Source: an uncultured beta proteobacterium
GTDB taxonomy: Bacteria; Pseudomonadota; Gammaproteobacteria; Burkholderiales; SHXO01
DNA length: 64,000 bases
NCBI GenBank assembly: GCA_963772865.1
Contig: CAVYZA010000021.1
Span: 24,332-88,331 of the forward strand
Direction of reading: 5' to 3'
The notes under the pieces are model-generated. The model ran no database searches. It had not been told where the DNA came from and saw nothing but the letters and a program-made list of their open reading frames with translations. Below, one piece after another: positions 43,865 to 54,559 of the stretch. The number at the start of each line of letters is the position of its first letter. Position 1 is the first letter of the stretch. A program made the position numbers and the translations under genes.

Positions 43865-45439
43865 ATGGCCAAACAACACTACGAGCAAAGCAAAGAGCAC
43901 GCAGAAGACCTGAAGACGCTGCACAGCATGGGCTATGCGCAGGAACTGCATCGGCGCATGGGCGGGTTTCAGAACTTCGCCATCTCGTTTTCCATCATCT
44001 GCATCCTGGCGGGCGGCATCACGGCTTTTCCGCTGTCGTTGAGCGCGGCGGGCGGTGCCTCGGTGGGATATGGCTGGCCCCTGGCCTCGCTGTTCGCCCT
44101 GATCGTGGCGGCCGCCATGGGACAGATCGCCTCCGCCTACCCGACGGCAGGCGGCATCTACCACTGGGCTTCTCTGCTCGGCGGACGCGGCTACGGCTGG
44201 GTGGCGGCCTGGTTCAATCTGCTCGGCCTGATGTTCGTGGTGTCGTCGGTGAACTTCGGCGTGTTCCTGCTGTTCCGGGACCTGTTCCTGGCCAACGTCC
44301 TTGGCATGGACGTGTCGAACTGGACCAGCAAGGAGACGTTCGATCACGGCTGGTGGGTGCAGACCATCTTCATCACCGTCATCACGATCAGCCAGGCGAT
44401 CCTCAATCACGTCGGCATCCGCGCCACCACCATCCTCACGGACTTCAGCGGCTACCTGATCTTCGTGTTCGCGACGCTCCTGACCGTGGCGCTGCTGTTC
44501 TACGCCCCGAGCATCGACCTGTCGCGGCTGTTCACCTTCAGCAATTTCTCCGGCGACGCAGGCGGCGGCGTCTGGCCGGTGGTGGTCCAGTCCACCGGGT
44601 TCATCTTCCTGCTGGGACTTCTCCAGGGCGTGTACACGATCACCGGCTTCGACGCGTCGGCGCACACCGCGGAGGAGACGCGCAATGCATCGCGCGAAGC
44701 CCCGCGCGGCATGATCCACTCCGTGTTCTGGTCCTTCCTGTTCGGCTACGTCATGATCGCCGCGTTCATCGTCGCCCTGCCCAGCGTCGAGGAAGGCGCC
44801 AAGCAGGGCTGGAACGCGTTCCCGTGGCTCATGAGCCAGTCGGCCATGCCGGTGGTGTTCAAGAACATCCTGATCATCGGCATCGTGATCGCCAACTACT
44901 TGTGCGCGCTCGCCGGCCTCACCTCTACCTCGCGCATGATGTTCGCCTTCTCCCGCGATGGCGGGTTGCCTTTCTCCAAAGCCCTGAGCCAGGTGAGCCG
45001 CAAGTACCGCACACCGGTCAACGCCATCTGGTGGGGAGCCATGCTGTCGATCGTCGCCACGCTGTACGGAAATGCCTTTGTCGTGCTGTCGACGGGCTGC
45101 GCGGTGTTTCTGTATCTGTCCTACCTGATGCCCATAGCGGCCGGGCTGCGGGCGGAAATGAACGGCACGTGGACGTCCAAAGGCCCCTTCCAGCTGGGTG
45201 CTTCGTCGAAGCTCGTGGCGGTTCTGGCGATCATCGGCTGCGCGCTGCTGATCTTCGTCGGTGTGCAGCCTCCGAACGAAAAGGTCGGCTACCTGATCGT
45301 CGCGATGCTGATCGCGATGGTCGTCATCTGGGCCGCCTTCGAGGTGAGGCGCTTCCGCGGTCCTCCGATCGGCGACATGATCGCCAAGCGGCAGGCTGAG
45401 ATCGCGGCGGCCGAGAAGGCGATCGGCGAAACGGCGTAG
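43865..45439 (+). CDS. APC-superfamily amino acid/amine permease (amino acid/choline transporter-like)
   Basis: GYAQELHRRMGGFQNFAISFS, PTAGGIYHW, GFDASAHTAEET, SRDGGLP; about 12 TM segments. Confidence 0.9.
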   Translation: MAKQHYEQSKEHAEDLKTLHSMGYAQELHRRMGGFQNFAISFSIICILAGGITAFPLSLSAAGGASVGYGWPLASLFALIVAAAMGQIASAYPTAGGIYHWASLLGGRGYGWVAAWFNLLGLMFVVSSVNFGVFLLFRDLFLANVLGMDVSNWTSKETFDHGWWVQTIFITVITISQAILNHVGIRATTILTDFSGYLIFVFATLLTVALLFYAPSIDLSRLFTFSNFSGDAGGGVWPVVVQSTGFIFLLGLLQGVYTITGFDASAHTAEETRNASREAPRGMIHSVFWSFLFGYVMIAAFIVALPSVEEGAKQGWNAFPWLMSQSAMPVVFKNILIIGIVIANYLCALAGLTSTSRMMFAFSRDGGLPFSKALSQVSRKYRTPVNAIWWGAMLSIVATLYGNAFVVLSTGCAVFLYLSYLMPIAAGLRAEMNGTWTSKGPFQLGASSKLVAVLAIIGCALLIFVGVQPPNEKVGYLIVAMLIAMVVIWAAFEVRRFRGPPIGDMIAKRQAEIAAAEKAIGETA

Positions 45440-45471
45440 ACCCGATCCCCGGCGGCGATTCGCGGTAAGCT

Positions 45472-45504
45472 GAAAAGTGGGGCGTGCGCCCCACTTTTCG
45501 TTTG
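45472..45504 (+). terminator. Strong hairpin / intrinsic terminator between the permease and downstream genes
   Basis: GAAAAGTGGGGCG-TG-CGCCCCACTTTTC followed by GTTTG. Confidence 0.7.
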
Positions 45505-45513
45505 TGAGTCCAG

Positions 45514-46890
45514 ATGACCTTCGATGTCGCGATCGTCGGGGCCGGTGTGGTGGGCTGCGCCATTGCACGCCGCCTGGCGTTGGGCGGGGCACGCTGTGTG
45601 CTCCTGGAACGAGGCGCGGACATCCTGTCGGGTGCGAGCAAGGGCAACAGCGCGCTCCTGCACACCGGCTTCGACAGCACTCCCGGCAGCCTGGAGGTGG
45701 CATGCATGCAGGCCGGCTATGCGGAGTATCTGCAGATCCGCGAGCGCCTCAACCTGCCCCTGATCGAGACCGGCGCGGTCGTGGTAGCCTGGACCGCCGC
45801 GGAGCGGGAACGCCTTCCGGGCATCGTTGCCCAGGCCCATGCCAATGGCGTGTTGGATGTGCGGCAGATCGCCCCGGCCGAGCTCTATGCGCGTGAGCCC
45901 AACCTCGCGCTGGGGGCACTCGGCGCCGCTGTCGTCCCCGGCGAGCACGTCATCGACCCTTGGTCGGCGCCGCTCGCGTACGTGCTTCAGGCGATGGCGC
46001 ACGGAGCGCAGGTCCGGCGCGGATGCCAGGTGACGGGAGGCCAGCTGGACGATGCGGGCTGGGTGCTCGCCACCGGGACGGGTCCCATCTCGGCGCGGGT
46101 CGTGATCAACGCAGCCGGCCTGTATGGCGACGTGATCGAGACCGTCGCGCGACCCTCGCCATTCGCCATCCGGCCGCGCAAAGGCCAGTTCGTGGTGTTC
46201 GACAAGCCCGCCTATCGGCTGGTGCGGTCGATCATTTTGCCGGTCCCCACCGAGCGGACCAAGGGCGTCGTGCTGGCCCGCACCGCCTTCGGCAACGTGC
46301 TGGTCGGCCCTACTGCCGAGGAGGTCGAGGAGCGCAGCCACGCCTCGGTGGACGAGACCGCGCTGCAGAGTCTGATCGACAAGGCGGTGGCGCTGATCCC
46401 TGCGCTGGCCAGCCACTCGGTCAACGCGGTCTACGCTGGCCTGCGGCCGGCCACGCAGTTCAAGGACTACCAGATCGCCGCACTGCCCGAGCGTCGCTGG
46501 ATCACGGTGAGCGGCATCCGCTCCACCGGACTCACCGGCGCGCTCGGCATCGCGCAGCACGTGGCCCGTCTGTACGGCGCGCATTTCGGCGCCCTCGAGG
46601 AGGCCGACGAGCCACAGTGGACACCGGTTCCCAACCTGTCCGAGGAGCGCCCGCGCGGCTGGCAGCAGTCCGATGCCGGCGAGATCGTGTGCCACTGCGA
46701 GCTGGTGACGCGCGCGGAGGTCGAGGCTGCGTTGTCCGGCCCCCTGCCGGCAGGCGATCTCGGCGGACTCAAGCGCCGCACCCGCTGCCTGATGGGTCGC
46801 TGCCAGGGCTTCTACTGCACCTGGCGGGTCGCGCAGCTCGCGGCGGGGCGGCTCGCGGATGTGCCCGCGCCGGGGAGGCAGGCCGCGTGA
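45514..46890 (+). CDS. FAD-dependent oxidoreductase with C-terminal BFD-like [2Fe-2S] domain (GlpA-like)
   Basis: GAGVVG, NSALLHTG, VCHCELV, KRRTRCLMGRCQGFYC. Confidence 0.85.
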   Translation: MTFDVAIVGAGVVGCAIARRLALGGARCVLLERGADILSGASKGNSALLHTGFDSTPGSLEVACMQAGYAEYLQIRERLNLPLIETGAVVVAWTAAERERLPGIVAQAHANGVLDVRQIAPAELYAREPNLALGALGAAVVPGEHVIDPWSAPLAYVLQAMAHGAQVRRGCQVTGGQLDDAGWVLATGTGPISARVVINAAGLYGDVIETVARPSPFAIRPRKGQFVVFDKPAYRLVRSIILPVPTERTKGVVLARTAFGNVLVGPTAEEVEERSHASVDETALQSLIDKAVALIPALASHSVNAVYAGLRPATQFKDYQIAALPERRWITVSGIRSTGLTGALGIAQHVARLYGAHFGALEEADEPQWTPVPNLSEERPRGWQQSDAGEIVCHCELVTRAEVEAALSGPLPAGDLGGLKRRTRCLMGRCQGFYCTWRVAQLAAGRLADVPAPGRQAA

Positions 46891-48157
46891 CAGAGCACCC
46901 GGTCCTGATCGTCGGTGCAGGACCCGCCGGCCTGTCCGCCGCTGCGCAGCTTGCGAGCCTGGGCATCGATGACGTCGTCGTCCTGGAGCGCGAACAGCAT
47001 GCCGGCGGCGTCCCGCGCCACTGTGGACACCGCGGGTTCGGCTGGCGCGAGTTCGCCCGGCTCCTTACCGGCCCGCGCTATGCAGAACGTCTGCTCGAGT
47101 CTGCCCGCAACGTGGTGGTCCGCACCGGTGTCGCCGTTGTGCGTGTCCACGCCGGGGGTGTTGTCGAGCTGGCGACGCCAGTCGGACCGGCAACGCTCAA
47201 GGGCCAGCGCGTACTGCTCGCGCTGGGCACGCGAGAGTCGCCTCGTGCCGCGAGACTCGTCTCGGGCAGCCGGCCCTGGGGTGTGGTCACCACCGGCGCC
47301 CTGCAGCAGATGGTCTACCTCGCGGACCTGCGTCCGTTCGAGCGAGCGGTCATCGTCGGCTCCGAGCTGGTGTCCTTCTCCAACCTGCTGACCATGCGGC
47401 ACGCACGCATCCGGGCATTGGCGCTCGTCGAGGAGCAGCCGCGCATCATCGCACCTGGGCCCGCACGCGCAATCGCGAGGCTCCTGTTCGGCGCGCGCGT
47501 GCTGACTGGGACGCGAGTGGTCGCGGTGCACGGCGGCGAGCGCGTCACCGGCATCGAGGTGGAGCGTGACGGGGCGCGCGAAATACTGGAGTGCGATGGC
47601 GTGGTATTCAGCGGGCGCTTCGTGCCGGAGTCGGCGATCCTGCAGTCGAGCCATCTCGCCCTGGACCCCGCCACCGGCGGACCGCGGTGGATCAGTACGG
47701 GCGCTGCTCCGATCCAACCTACTTTGCGGCCGGCAACCTGCTCCGGCCCGTGGAGCCGTCCTGGAACGCCTGGGAAGAGGGCCGCGCAGTGGCACGCGCG
47801 ATCGCAGCCAGCCTCCGTCGCGAGCTGCTCAACGCTGAGCGTTTCATTTCCATCCATGCGGAAGGTGCGGTGCGCTACGTGTGCCCGCAGCGCATCGCGC
47901 ATCCGGCGCCGCTGCCTTTCGCTCTCCCGATCAATCTGCGCGTAAGCCGGGAAGTCCACGGCCGCCTGCGCCTGTACAGCGGCTCTCGCGAGATCTGGAG
48001 CGCCCAGCGGCACCTGCTTCCGGAGCGGCGCATTCTGATTCCTGCGCCGGCGCACTTGCCTGTGGACATCGACTCGCTGATTGTCGATGTCGCCGCGGCG
48101 GCAGGCGCTCCGTCGTCACCTGCCACCAGTCACCAGTCACCAGTCACTCGCCAATGA
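46887..48157 (+). CDS. FAD/NAD(P)-dependent oxidoreductase, partner subunit; frameshift at ~47688
   Basis: GTGA overlap; GAGPAG, GGVPRHCGHRGFG, LTGPRYA, GTRE, AAGN. Confidence 0.82.
48124..48148 (+). repeat. Heptamer tandem (CACCAGT)3 at a gene junction
   Basis: CACCAGTCACCAGTCACCAGTCACT immediately before the kinase start. Confidence 0.8.
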
Positions 48158-49596
48158 CCATGTCTTTCGTCGTCGGCATCGACCAGGGTACCACCGGCAC
48201 GAAGGCCTACCGCCTGTCCGCGGACGGTCAGTTTGCTGCGCTTTGCGCAATGGAACACCGCCAGATCTATCCACGGCCGGGCTGGGTCGAGCACGATGGG
48301 CGCGAGCTGCTCGCCAGTGTCATGCGATGCCTGGGGGCGGCGGAAGGCGCTGCCGCCATCGGGATCGCGAATCAAGGCGAGACCGTGATCGCCTGGGATG
48401 CGGACAGCGGGGAGCCGCTGTGCAATGCGATCGTCTGGCAAGACAACCGCACCCAGGCCACGACAGAGCGGCTGAAGGCCGAGGGCGCCGAGCGCATGAC
48501 CCTCGAGCGCGCCGGGCTGCCGCTCGATCCGTATTTCTCGGCCTCGAAGCTCAAGTGGATTCTCGACAACGTGCCCGCCGCGGCGCAGCTCGCCGGCCGC
48601 GGGAGTCTTCGACTCGGAACGAGCGACGCATTCTTCCTGGATCGGGTGGGCGGCGTCTACGCGACCGACGTGACCACGGCTTCGCGCACCAGCCTCATGA
48701 ACCTGGCCACCGGGCAGTGGGACGCCGAGCTGTGCCGCTTGTTCGGCGTGCCCATCGAGCTGCTGCCGCCGATCCGCTCGACCGTGGGCGAGCTCGGACG
48801 CGCCGCCGTCAATGGTGTGGAAATCACCGCGAGCGCCGTCGATCAGCAGGCGGCGCTCTTCGGGCACGGCTGCCGCGCCCCGGGGCAAGCCAAGATCACG
48901 TTCGGCACCGGCGCGTTCGCCCTCGCCGTCACCGGAGGGCAGCCGGTAAGCGCACCCGAATCCGGGCTGCTGCCCACCGTCGCCTGGCGCATCGGCACGC
49001 AGACGACTTATGCAGTCGATGGCGGCGTCTACAACGCAGCCTCTGCGCTCGATTGGGCGCAACGGCTCGGGCTGTTCGCGCGGTTCGACGAGATCGAGCG
49101 CTTCGAGGCGGTGAGCGCCATCGAGCGGGGCATCGTGTTCGTCCCTGCGCTGTCCGGGCTCGCCTGCCCCTACTGGGATCGCAGCGCCGCGGGCCTGTGG
49201 GTGGGCATGGGATTGGAAACGTCGCGCCAGGACCTGGTGCAGGCGGTGCTCGAGGGCGTGGCCCTGCGCAGCGCACAGGCGATGGCGGCAATGCACGCGC
49301 GGCTGCCGCTCGCACCCATCGTGTCCGTCGACGGCGGGCTCTCGCGCAATCCCTACTTCTGCGAGTTTCTCGCGCGGGCTCTGAACCGTACCGTGGCCAT
49401 CCCCGCCACGGCCGATCTGACCGGCCTGGGGATCTCGCAGCTGGCCTACATCGGCGCGGGCTTGAGCTACGACGGGTCGGTCCCGCCCACGGCCGCACCC
49501 GAGCGCACGATCATGCCGAGCGCAGCATTGGCGGACGATCTGCACGCTCGCTTCGCGGACGCGGTGCAGCGGGCGCGCGGCTGGCGCAGCGCCTGA
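48154..49596 (+). CDS. FGGY-family carbohydrate kinase, glycerol-kinase-like
   Basis: IDQGTTG, QIYPRPGWVEHD, NQGET, AIVWQD, DPYFSASK, TTASRT, DQQAAL, KITFGTG, VDGG. Confidence 0.9.
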   Translation: MTMSFVVGIDQGTTGTKAYRLSADGQFAALCAMEHRQIYPRPGWVEHDGRELLASVMRCLGAAEGAAAIGIANQGETVIAWDADSGEPLCNAIVWQDNRTQATTERLKAEGAERMTLERAGLPLDPYFSASKLKWILDNVPAAAQLAGRGSLRLGTSDAFFLDRVGGVYATDVTTASRTSLMNLATGQWDAELCRLFGVPIELLPPIRSTVGELGRAAVNGVEITASAVDQQAALFGHGCRAPGQAKITFGTGAFALAVTGGQPVSAPESGLLPTVAWRIGTQTTYAVDGGVYNAASALDWAQRLGLFARFDEIERFEAVSAIERGIVFVPALSGLACPYWDRSAAGLWVGMGLETSRQDLVQAVLEGVALRSAQAMAAMHARLPLAPIVSVDGGLSRNPYFCEFLARALNRTVAIPATADLTGLGISQLAYIGAGLSYDGSVPPTAAPERTIMPSAALADDLHARFADAVQRARGWRSA

Positions 49597-49610
49597 AGTA
49601 TCCTGGATCG

Positions 49611-50516
49611 ATGCCCATGGATCACCAGCCTCTCGACCGCATCCTGCAGCTGCCTTGCTGGTCTGGCAGGGTCGATCCCGCACCGCTGCTCGGCGGGATC
49701 ACCAACAAGAACTACCTGGTCGCCGACCGCGGGCAGAAATTCGTCGTGCGCCTGGGTCAGGACATTCCGATCCACGGCGTGATGCGCTTCAACGAGCTGG
49801 CCGCGAGCCGCGCAGCGTTCGAGGCGGGCGTCTCGCCCGAGGTCGTCTACGCCGAGCCCGGAGCGCTCGTGCTGCGTTACATCGAGGGGCGTGCGTTGTC
49901 GCCCGAGCTGGTGCGCGACCCCGCGCTTCTTCCGGGCGCAGTGGATCTGATCAAGCGCTGCCATGAGCAAGTGCCCCGCCATCTGCGCGGGCCATCGCTG
50001 GTGTTCTGGGTGTTCCAGGTCATTCGCGGCTACGCGACCGAGCTGCAGGCGTGCGCGAGCCCGCATGTCGAGGCGCTTCCCCAGCTCATCGAGCGCGCCG
50101 AGCGGCTCGAGCGCGAAGTCGGACCGGTGTCCATCGTCTTCGGCCACAACGATCTGCTGGCCGCCAACTTCATCGACGACGGCAAGCGCCTCTGGCTGAT
50201 CGACTGGGACTACGCGGGATTCAACAGCCCGCTGTTCGATCTCGGCGGCCTGGTTTCCAACAGCGAGCTCGGTGAGGATCAAGCCCGGTTCGTGCTGGAA
50301 CGCTACTTCGGCAAGGTCGATCTGGGACTGCAGCGACGATTCGCGGCGATGAAATGCGCGTCGCTGCTGCGCGAGACCATGTGGAGCATGGTGTCGGAGG
50401 TCTACTCGAAGATCCAGTTCGACTACGCCGCCTACACCAGTGATTACCTGGCGCGCTTCACACGCGCTTACGACGAGTTCACGGAGTTCGACGAGCTCTC
50501 CGGGAGCGTACGATGA
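49611..50516 (+). CDS. Choline/ethanolamine kinase-family phosphotransferase
   Basis: GGITNKNY, Brenner motif HNDLLAAN, LIDWDY (C-terminal part of ORF 48081-50516). Confidence 0.85.
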   Translation: MPMDHQPLDRILQLPCWSGRVDPAPLLGGITNKNYLVADRGQKFVVRLGQDIPIHGVMRFNELAASRAAFEAGVSPEVVYAEPGALVLRYIEGRALSPELVRDPALLPGAVDLIKRCHEQVPRHLRGPSLVFWVFQVIRGYATELQACASPHVEALPQLIERAERLEREVGPVSIVFGHNDLLAANFIDDGKRLWLIDWDYAGFNSPLFDLGGLVSNSELGEDQARFVLERYFGKVDLGLQRRFAAMKCASLLRETMWSMVSEVYSKIQFDYAAYTSDYLARFTRAYDEFTEFDELSGSVR

Positions 50517-52960
50517 CCACGCCTCCCTCGGCTGCGCAGGTGGTCATCATCGGTGGCGGCATCATCGGGTGCAGCACGGCCTATCATCTGGCGCGCGCGG
50601 GCTTCAAGGACATCGTGCTGCTCGAGCGCGCGAAGCTCACCAGCGGCTCGACCTGGCATGCCGCCGGCCTGGTCGGTCAGCTTCGCACGTCTGCGAACGT
50701 GACACAGCTTCTCAAGTACAGCGTCGAGCTGTACGACAAGCTGGAACAGGAAACCGGCCTGGCGACCGGCTGGAAGCGCAACGGCGGCTTGCGCCTCGCC
50801 TGCAATCCGGAGCGGCTGGTCGAGATCAAGCGTCAGGCGACGACCGCCCATAGCTTCGGATTGGAAATGCATCTGCTGTCGCCGGCCGAGGCGAAGGCGC
50901 TCTGGCCGATCATGGACAGCTCCGATGTCGCAGGGGCCGCGTTTCTGCCCACCGATGGGCAGGCCAATCCTTCCGATATCGCGCAAGCGCTCGCCAAGGG
51001 CGCGCGCATGCAAGGCGTCAAGATCGTGGAGGATTGCCCGGTCATCGGGATTCAGCTCGACAGCGGTCGCGTATCGGCTGTAGAGACCTCGCACGGCGTG
51101 ATCCGCACCGAGATCGTCGTCAATTGCGCGGGGCAGTGGGCCAGGCAGATCGGACAACTCGCCGGAGTCAACGTTCCGCTGGTCTCGGTGCAGCATCAGT
51201 ACATCGTGACCGAGCCGATAACCGGCGTGCCCAAGAACCTCCCCACCTTGCGCGATCCGGACCGGCTGATCTATTTCAAGGAAGAGGTCGGCGGGCTGGT
51301 CATGGGAGGCTATGAGCCGAATCCGATTCCGTGGGCGGAGCAAGGCATTCCAGACGGCTTCGAGTTCCAGCTCCTGAGCGAGGACTGGGACCATTTCGAA
51401 CCGATCATGACTGCAGGCCCTGGCGCGGGTGCCCGCGCTGGAAAAGGCGGGCATCAAGCAACTCATCAATGGGCCGGAGTCGTTCACGCCGGACGGCAAC
51501 TTCATCCTCGGCGAGGCGCCCGAAGTCAGGGGCTTCTACGTCGGCGCCGGCTTCAACGCCTTCGGCATCGCCTCCGCCGGCGGTGCGGGACGGGCGCTGG
51601 CCGAGTGGATCGCCGCCGGCGAGCCGCCCATGGACTTGTGGCCGGTCGACATCCGGCGCTTCGGCCGACACCATCGTTCGGAGCGCTGGGTGCGCACACG
51701 CACGCTCGAGGCCTATGCCAAGCACTACACGATGGCGTGGCCGTTCGAAGAGTATCGCAGCGCCCGTCCGCTGCGCGTGTCACCGCTCTACCAGCGGCTG
51801 AAGGATCAGGGCGCGTGCTTCGGCGAGAAGCTCGGATGGGAGCGGCCCAACTGGTTCGCGCCGCCCGGCGTCGAACCGAAGGATATCTATACCTATGGCC
51901 GGCAGAACTGGTTTCCTTACGTCGCCACGGAGCATCAGGCCTGCCGCGAGCGCGTCGCGCTGTTCGATCAGACCAGCTTCGCCAAGTTCCTGCTGATCGG
52001 CGAGGACGCCGAACGGGCCCTGCAGTGGATCTGCGCCAACGATGTCGGCAAACCGCCGGGGAGTCTCACGTACACGCAGATGCTGAACGCGCGCGGTGGA
52101 ATCGAGTGCGATCTCACCGTCGCGCGACTGTCGCCAGACCGAGTACTACATTGTTACCGGCACGGGGTTCGCCACCCACGACTTCGCCTGGATTCGCCGG
52201 AACATCCCGCCGGACTGCGCGGATGCCACTCTGGTCGACGTCACCTCGGCCTATTGCGTGCTGGCGCTGATGGGCCCGAGAGCGCGCGACGTACTGACAC
52301 AGGTGACTCACGCGGACTTGTCCAATGCGGCCTTCCCGTTCGGCGCATGGCGCGAGATCGACGTCGCTGGCGCGCTGGTGCGCGCGCTGCGTGTGACCTA
52401 CGTGGGCGAGCTGGGCTGGGAGCTGCACATACCCGTCGAGTCCGCCCTCGTTGTGTATGAACGCTTGATGGAAGCCGGCAAGCAACACGGGATCGTCAAC
52501 GCGGGCTATCGCGCGATCGAGTCGCTGCGGCTCGAAAAGGGGTACCGCGCCTGGGGCAGCGATATCGGCCCGGACCACACGCCGCTCGAGGCGGGACTGG
52601 CGTGGGCGGTCAAGCTCGCCAAGGGCACCGTTCCTGGGGCGTGACGCGCTGCTGGTGCAGCAGTCGCAACCATTGAAGAAGCGCCTGGCCTGCTTCACGG
52701 TGGACGACCCCAGCGTCGTGCTGCTTGGGCGCGAAACGATCTATCGCGACGGACAACGCGTGGGATGGCTCTCCAGCGCAGGGTGGGGTTACACCGTAGG
52801 CAAGAACATCGGCTTCGGTTACGTCCGCAACGCGGCCGGCGTGGACGATACCATGCTGACCTCGGGCAACTATGAGCTCGAGGTTGCTGCCGAACGCATC
52901 GCCTGCCAGCTGTATCTTGGGGCGCTCTACGATCCACGCGCGGCGCGAGTGAAAGCTTGA
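50513..52960 (+). CDS. GcvT-family dimethylglycine/sarcosine-dehydrogenase-like FAD/folate amine oxidoreductase; frameshifts at ~51410, ~52140, ~52630
   Basis: GGGIIG, GSTWHAAG (covalent-FAD His), GPESFTPDG, GWERPNWF, YVGELGWELH, SLRLEKGY, YDP...VKA end. Confidence 0.92.
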
Positions 52961-53310
52961 GCGCGGGTTGCTGGTCGCGATGGCCTTGCCGTCCTGCACG
53001 CCCGGCCTGACTATGATCTGCGCTGCCCGCCCAGGTACCGAAGTAGGTAAAACGCAGAGCGCGGCAGCAGCAAATGAATCTACCGCCCTGTGCTCTGCCG
53101 GCGACAACATCCCGAAGGACTGACAAAACGTGTGCCTTCGGGACGGTGTCGCGAAACAGCACCGGATGGGAAATTCAAGCGTCTCCAGAGCGACATACGG
53201 CGCGCGATCGGCCGCACCCCAACCTTCTCTCTACGGCCTGGATCCTGAGCGTACGATACTTGCTTGCCCACTACGCACCGATTGACGGATAAGGGACGCC
53301 TGTTTTTGCC

Positions 53311-54383
53311 ATGCCAGCAAGAAATCACCAGGGTCCAGCGACGCCTCAGCGCCACGCCTCCATTCTGGCTGCGGCGCTGATATCGGTCACCACCGCGCTC
53401 GGCAGCGTCGTCGCCGCCACCAGCATCCAGGGCGGCGCGATCCCGGGCCCGCTGCCGCTGTTTCCGCGCGACAACTGGTGGAACCTGGATATCTCGCGAC
53501 TGCCGGTGGATCCTGCTTCGGCCAGCTACATCAACTTCATCGGACCGACGAAGACACTCCACCCCGATTTCGGCGGCAACGTCTCATCGGGCAGCGCGCA
53601 GGTATACGGCTTTCCGTACGCTGTCGTCGACAGCACGGTAACGCCGCGCGCCGTCCAGTTTCAATACGCGAGCGAAAGCGACGGAGTCGACCACACTACC
53701 AACCGGAGTGTCCCGTTCTACCCGATTCCCGACGAGGCGATCACGCAGTCGCATTGGATCGAGGGCGGCGATCCGGGCAACGTCGACCTGCGCGCGAGCG
53801 GCGACCGCCACCTGCTCATCGTCGATCGCGAGCGGCGCTATCTGTACGAGCTCTACAACGTGTTCTACGACGGCAGCCAGTGGCGCGCCGGCTCCGGCGC
53901 GTTCTTCGACCTGAACGCCAACGGGCGCCGCCCGGACGGCTGGACCTCGGCCGACGCCGCCGGGCTGGCGATCCTGCCGGGGCTGGTGCGATATGACGAG
54001 GTGTCTCGGGCCCGACGAGATCCGTCACGCGCTTTCGCGTGACGGTGCGCGCGACCAACGGCTATGTCTTCCCGGCGTCCCATCGTGCCGGCTCGACCGC
54101 TGGCGCCCTGCCGATGGGCGCGCGGCTGCGGCTGAAGGCGAGCCGCAACCTCTCCACGTTCACACCGGAAGTGCAGAAGATCTTCCGCGCAATGCAGCGC
54201 TACGGCCTGATCGTCGCCGACAACGGCTCCGACCTGTACGTGAGCGGAACCTACGACACGCGTTGGAACAATGATGTGCTCAACCCGGCCTTCCGCGCGC
54301 TGACGGCGAACGACTTCGAGGTGATCCTGCTCGGCGTTCGACCTCTTCCCGCGCCGACCAACCTGCGCATCACGGATCAATAG
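53311..54383 (+). CDS. Secreted hypothetical protein; frameshift(s) at ~54005-54040
   Basis: Signal-like N-terminus; FPRDNWWN, GDRHLL, WTSADAAGL, LPMGARLRL, YGLIVADNG; ends PAPTNLRI. Confidence 0.75.
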
Positions 54384-54559
54384 CCGGAAGTATCCGTCTA
54401 GTTTCGCAGCTCGTTCCACGAGCGGGCGCCGGCCCCAACGCCGTCAACATCCAGTTGCGTCGCGGACCGTCTACACTTGGCGAAGGTCGACCTTTCCTAC
54501 TCTCCGAGCCGCCGGCCAAGCCGGCTAGCCCGGATATTTCATCAGGACGATCGAGAACC

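Noticed and set aside
48081-50516. 811-aa ORF as an FGGY / choline kinase fusion
   Set aside because: The N-terminal ~510 aa are an off-frame overlap of the FGGY kinase, which has its own stop at 49596; the real gene starts at ~49611.
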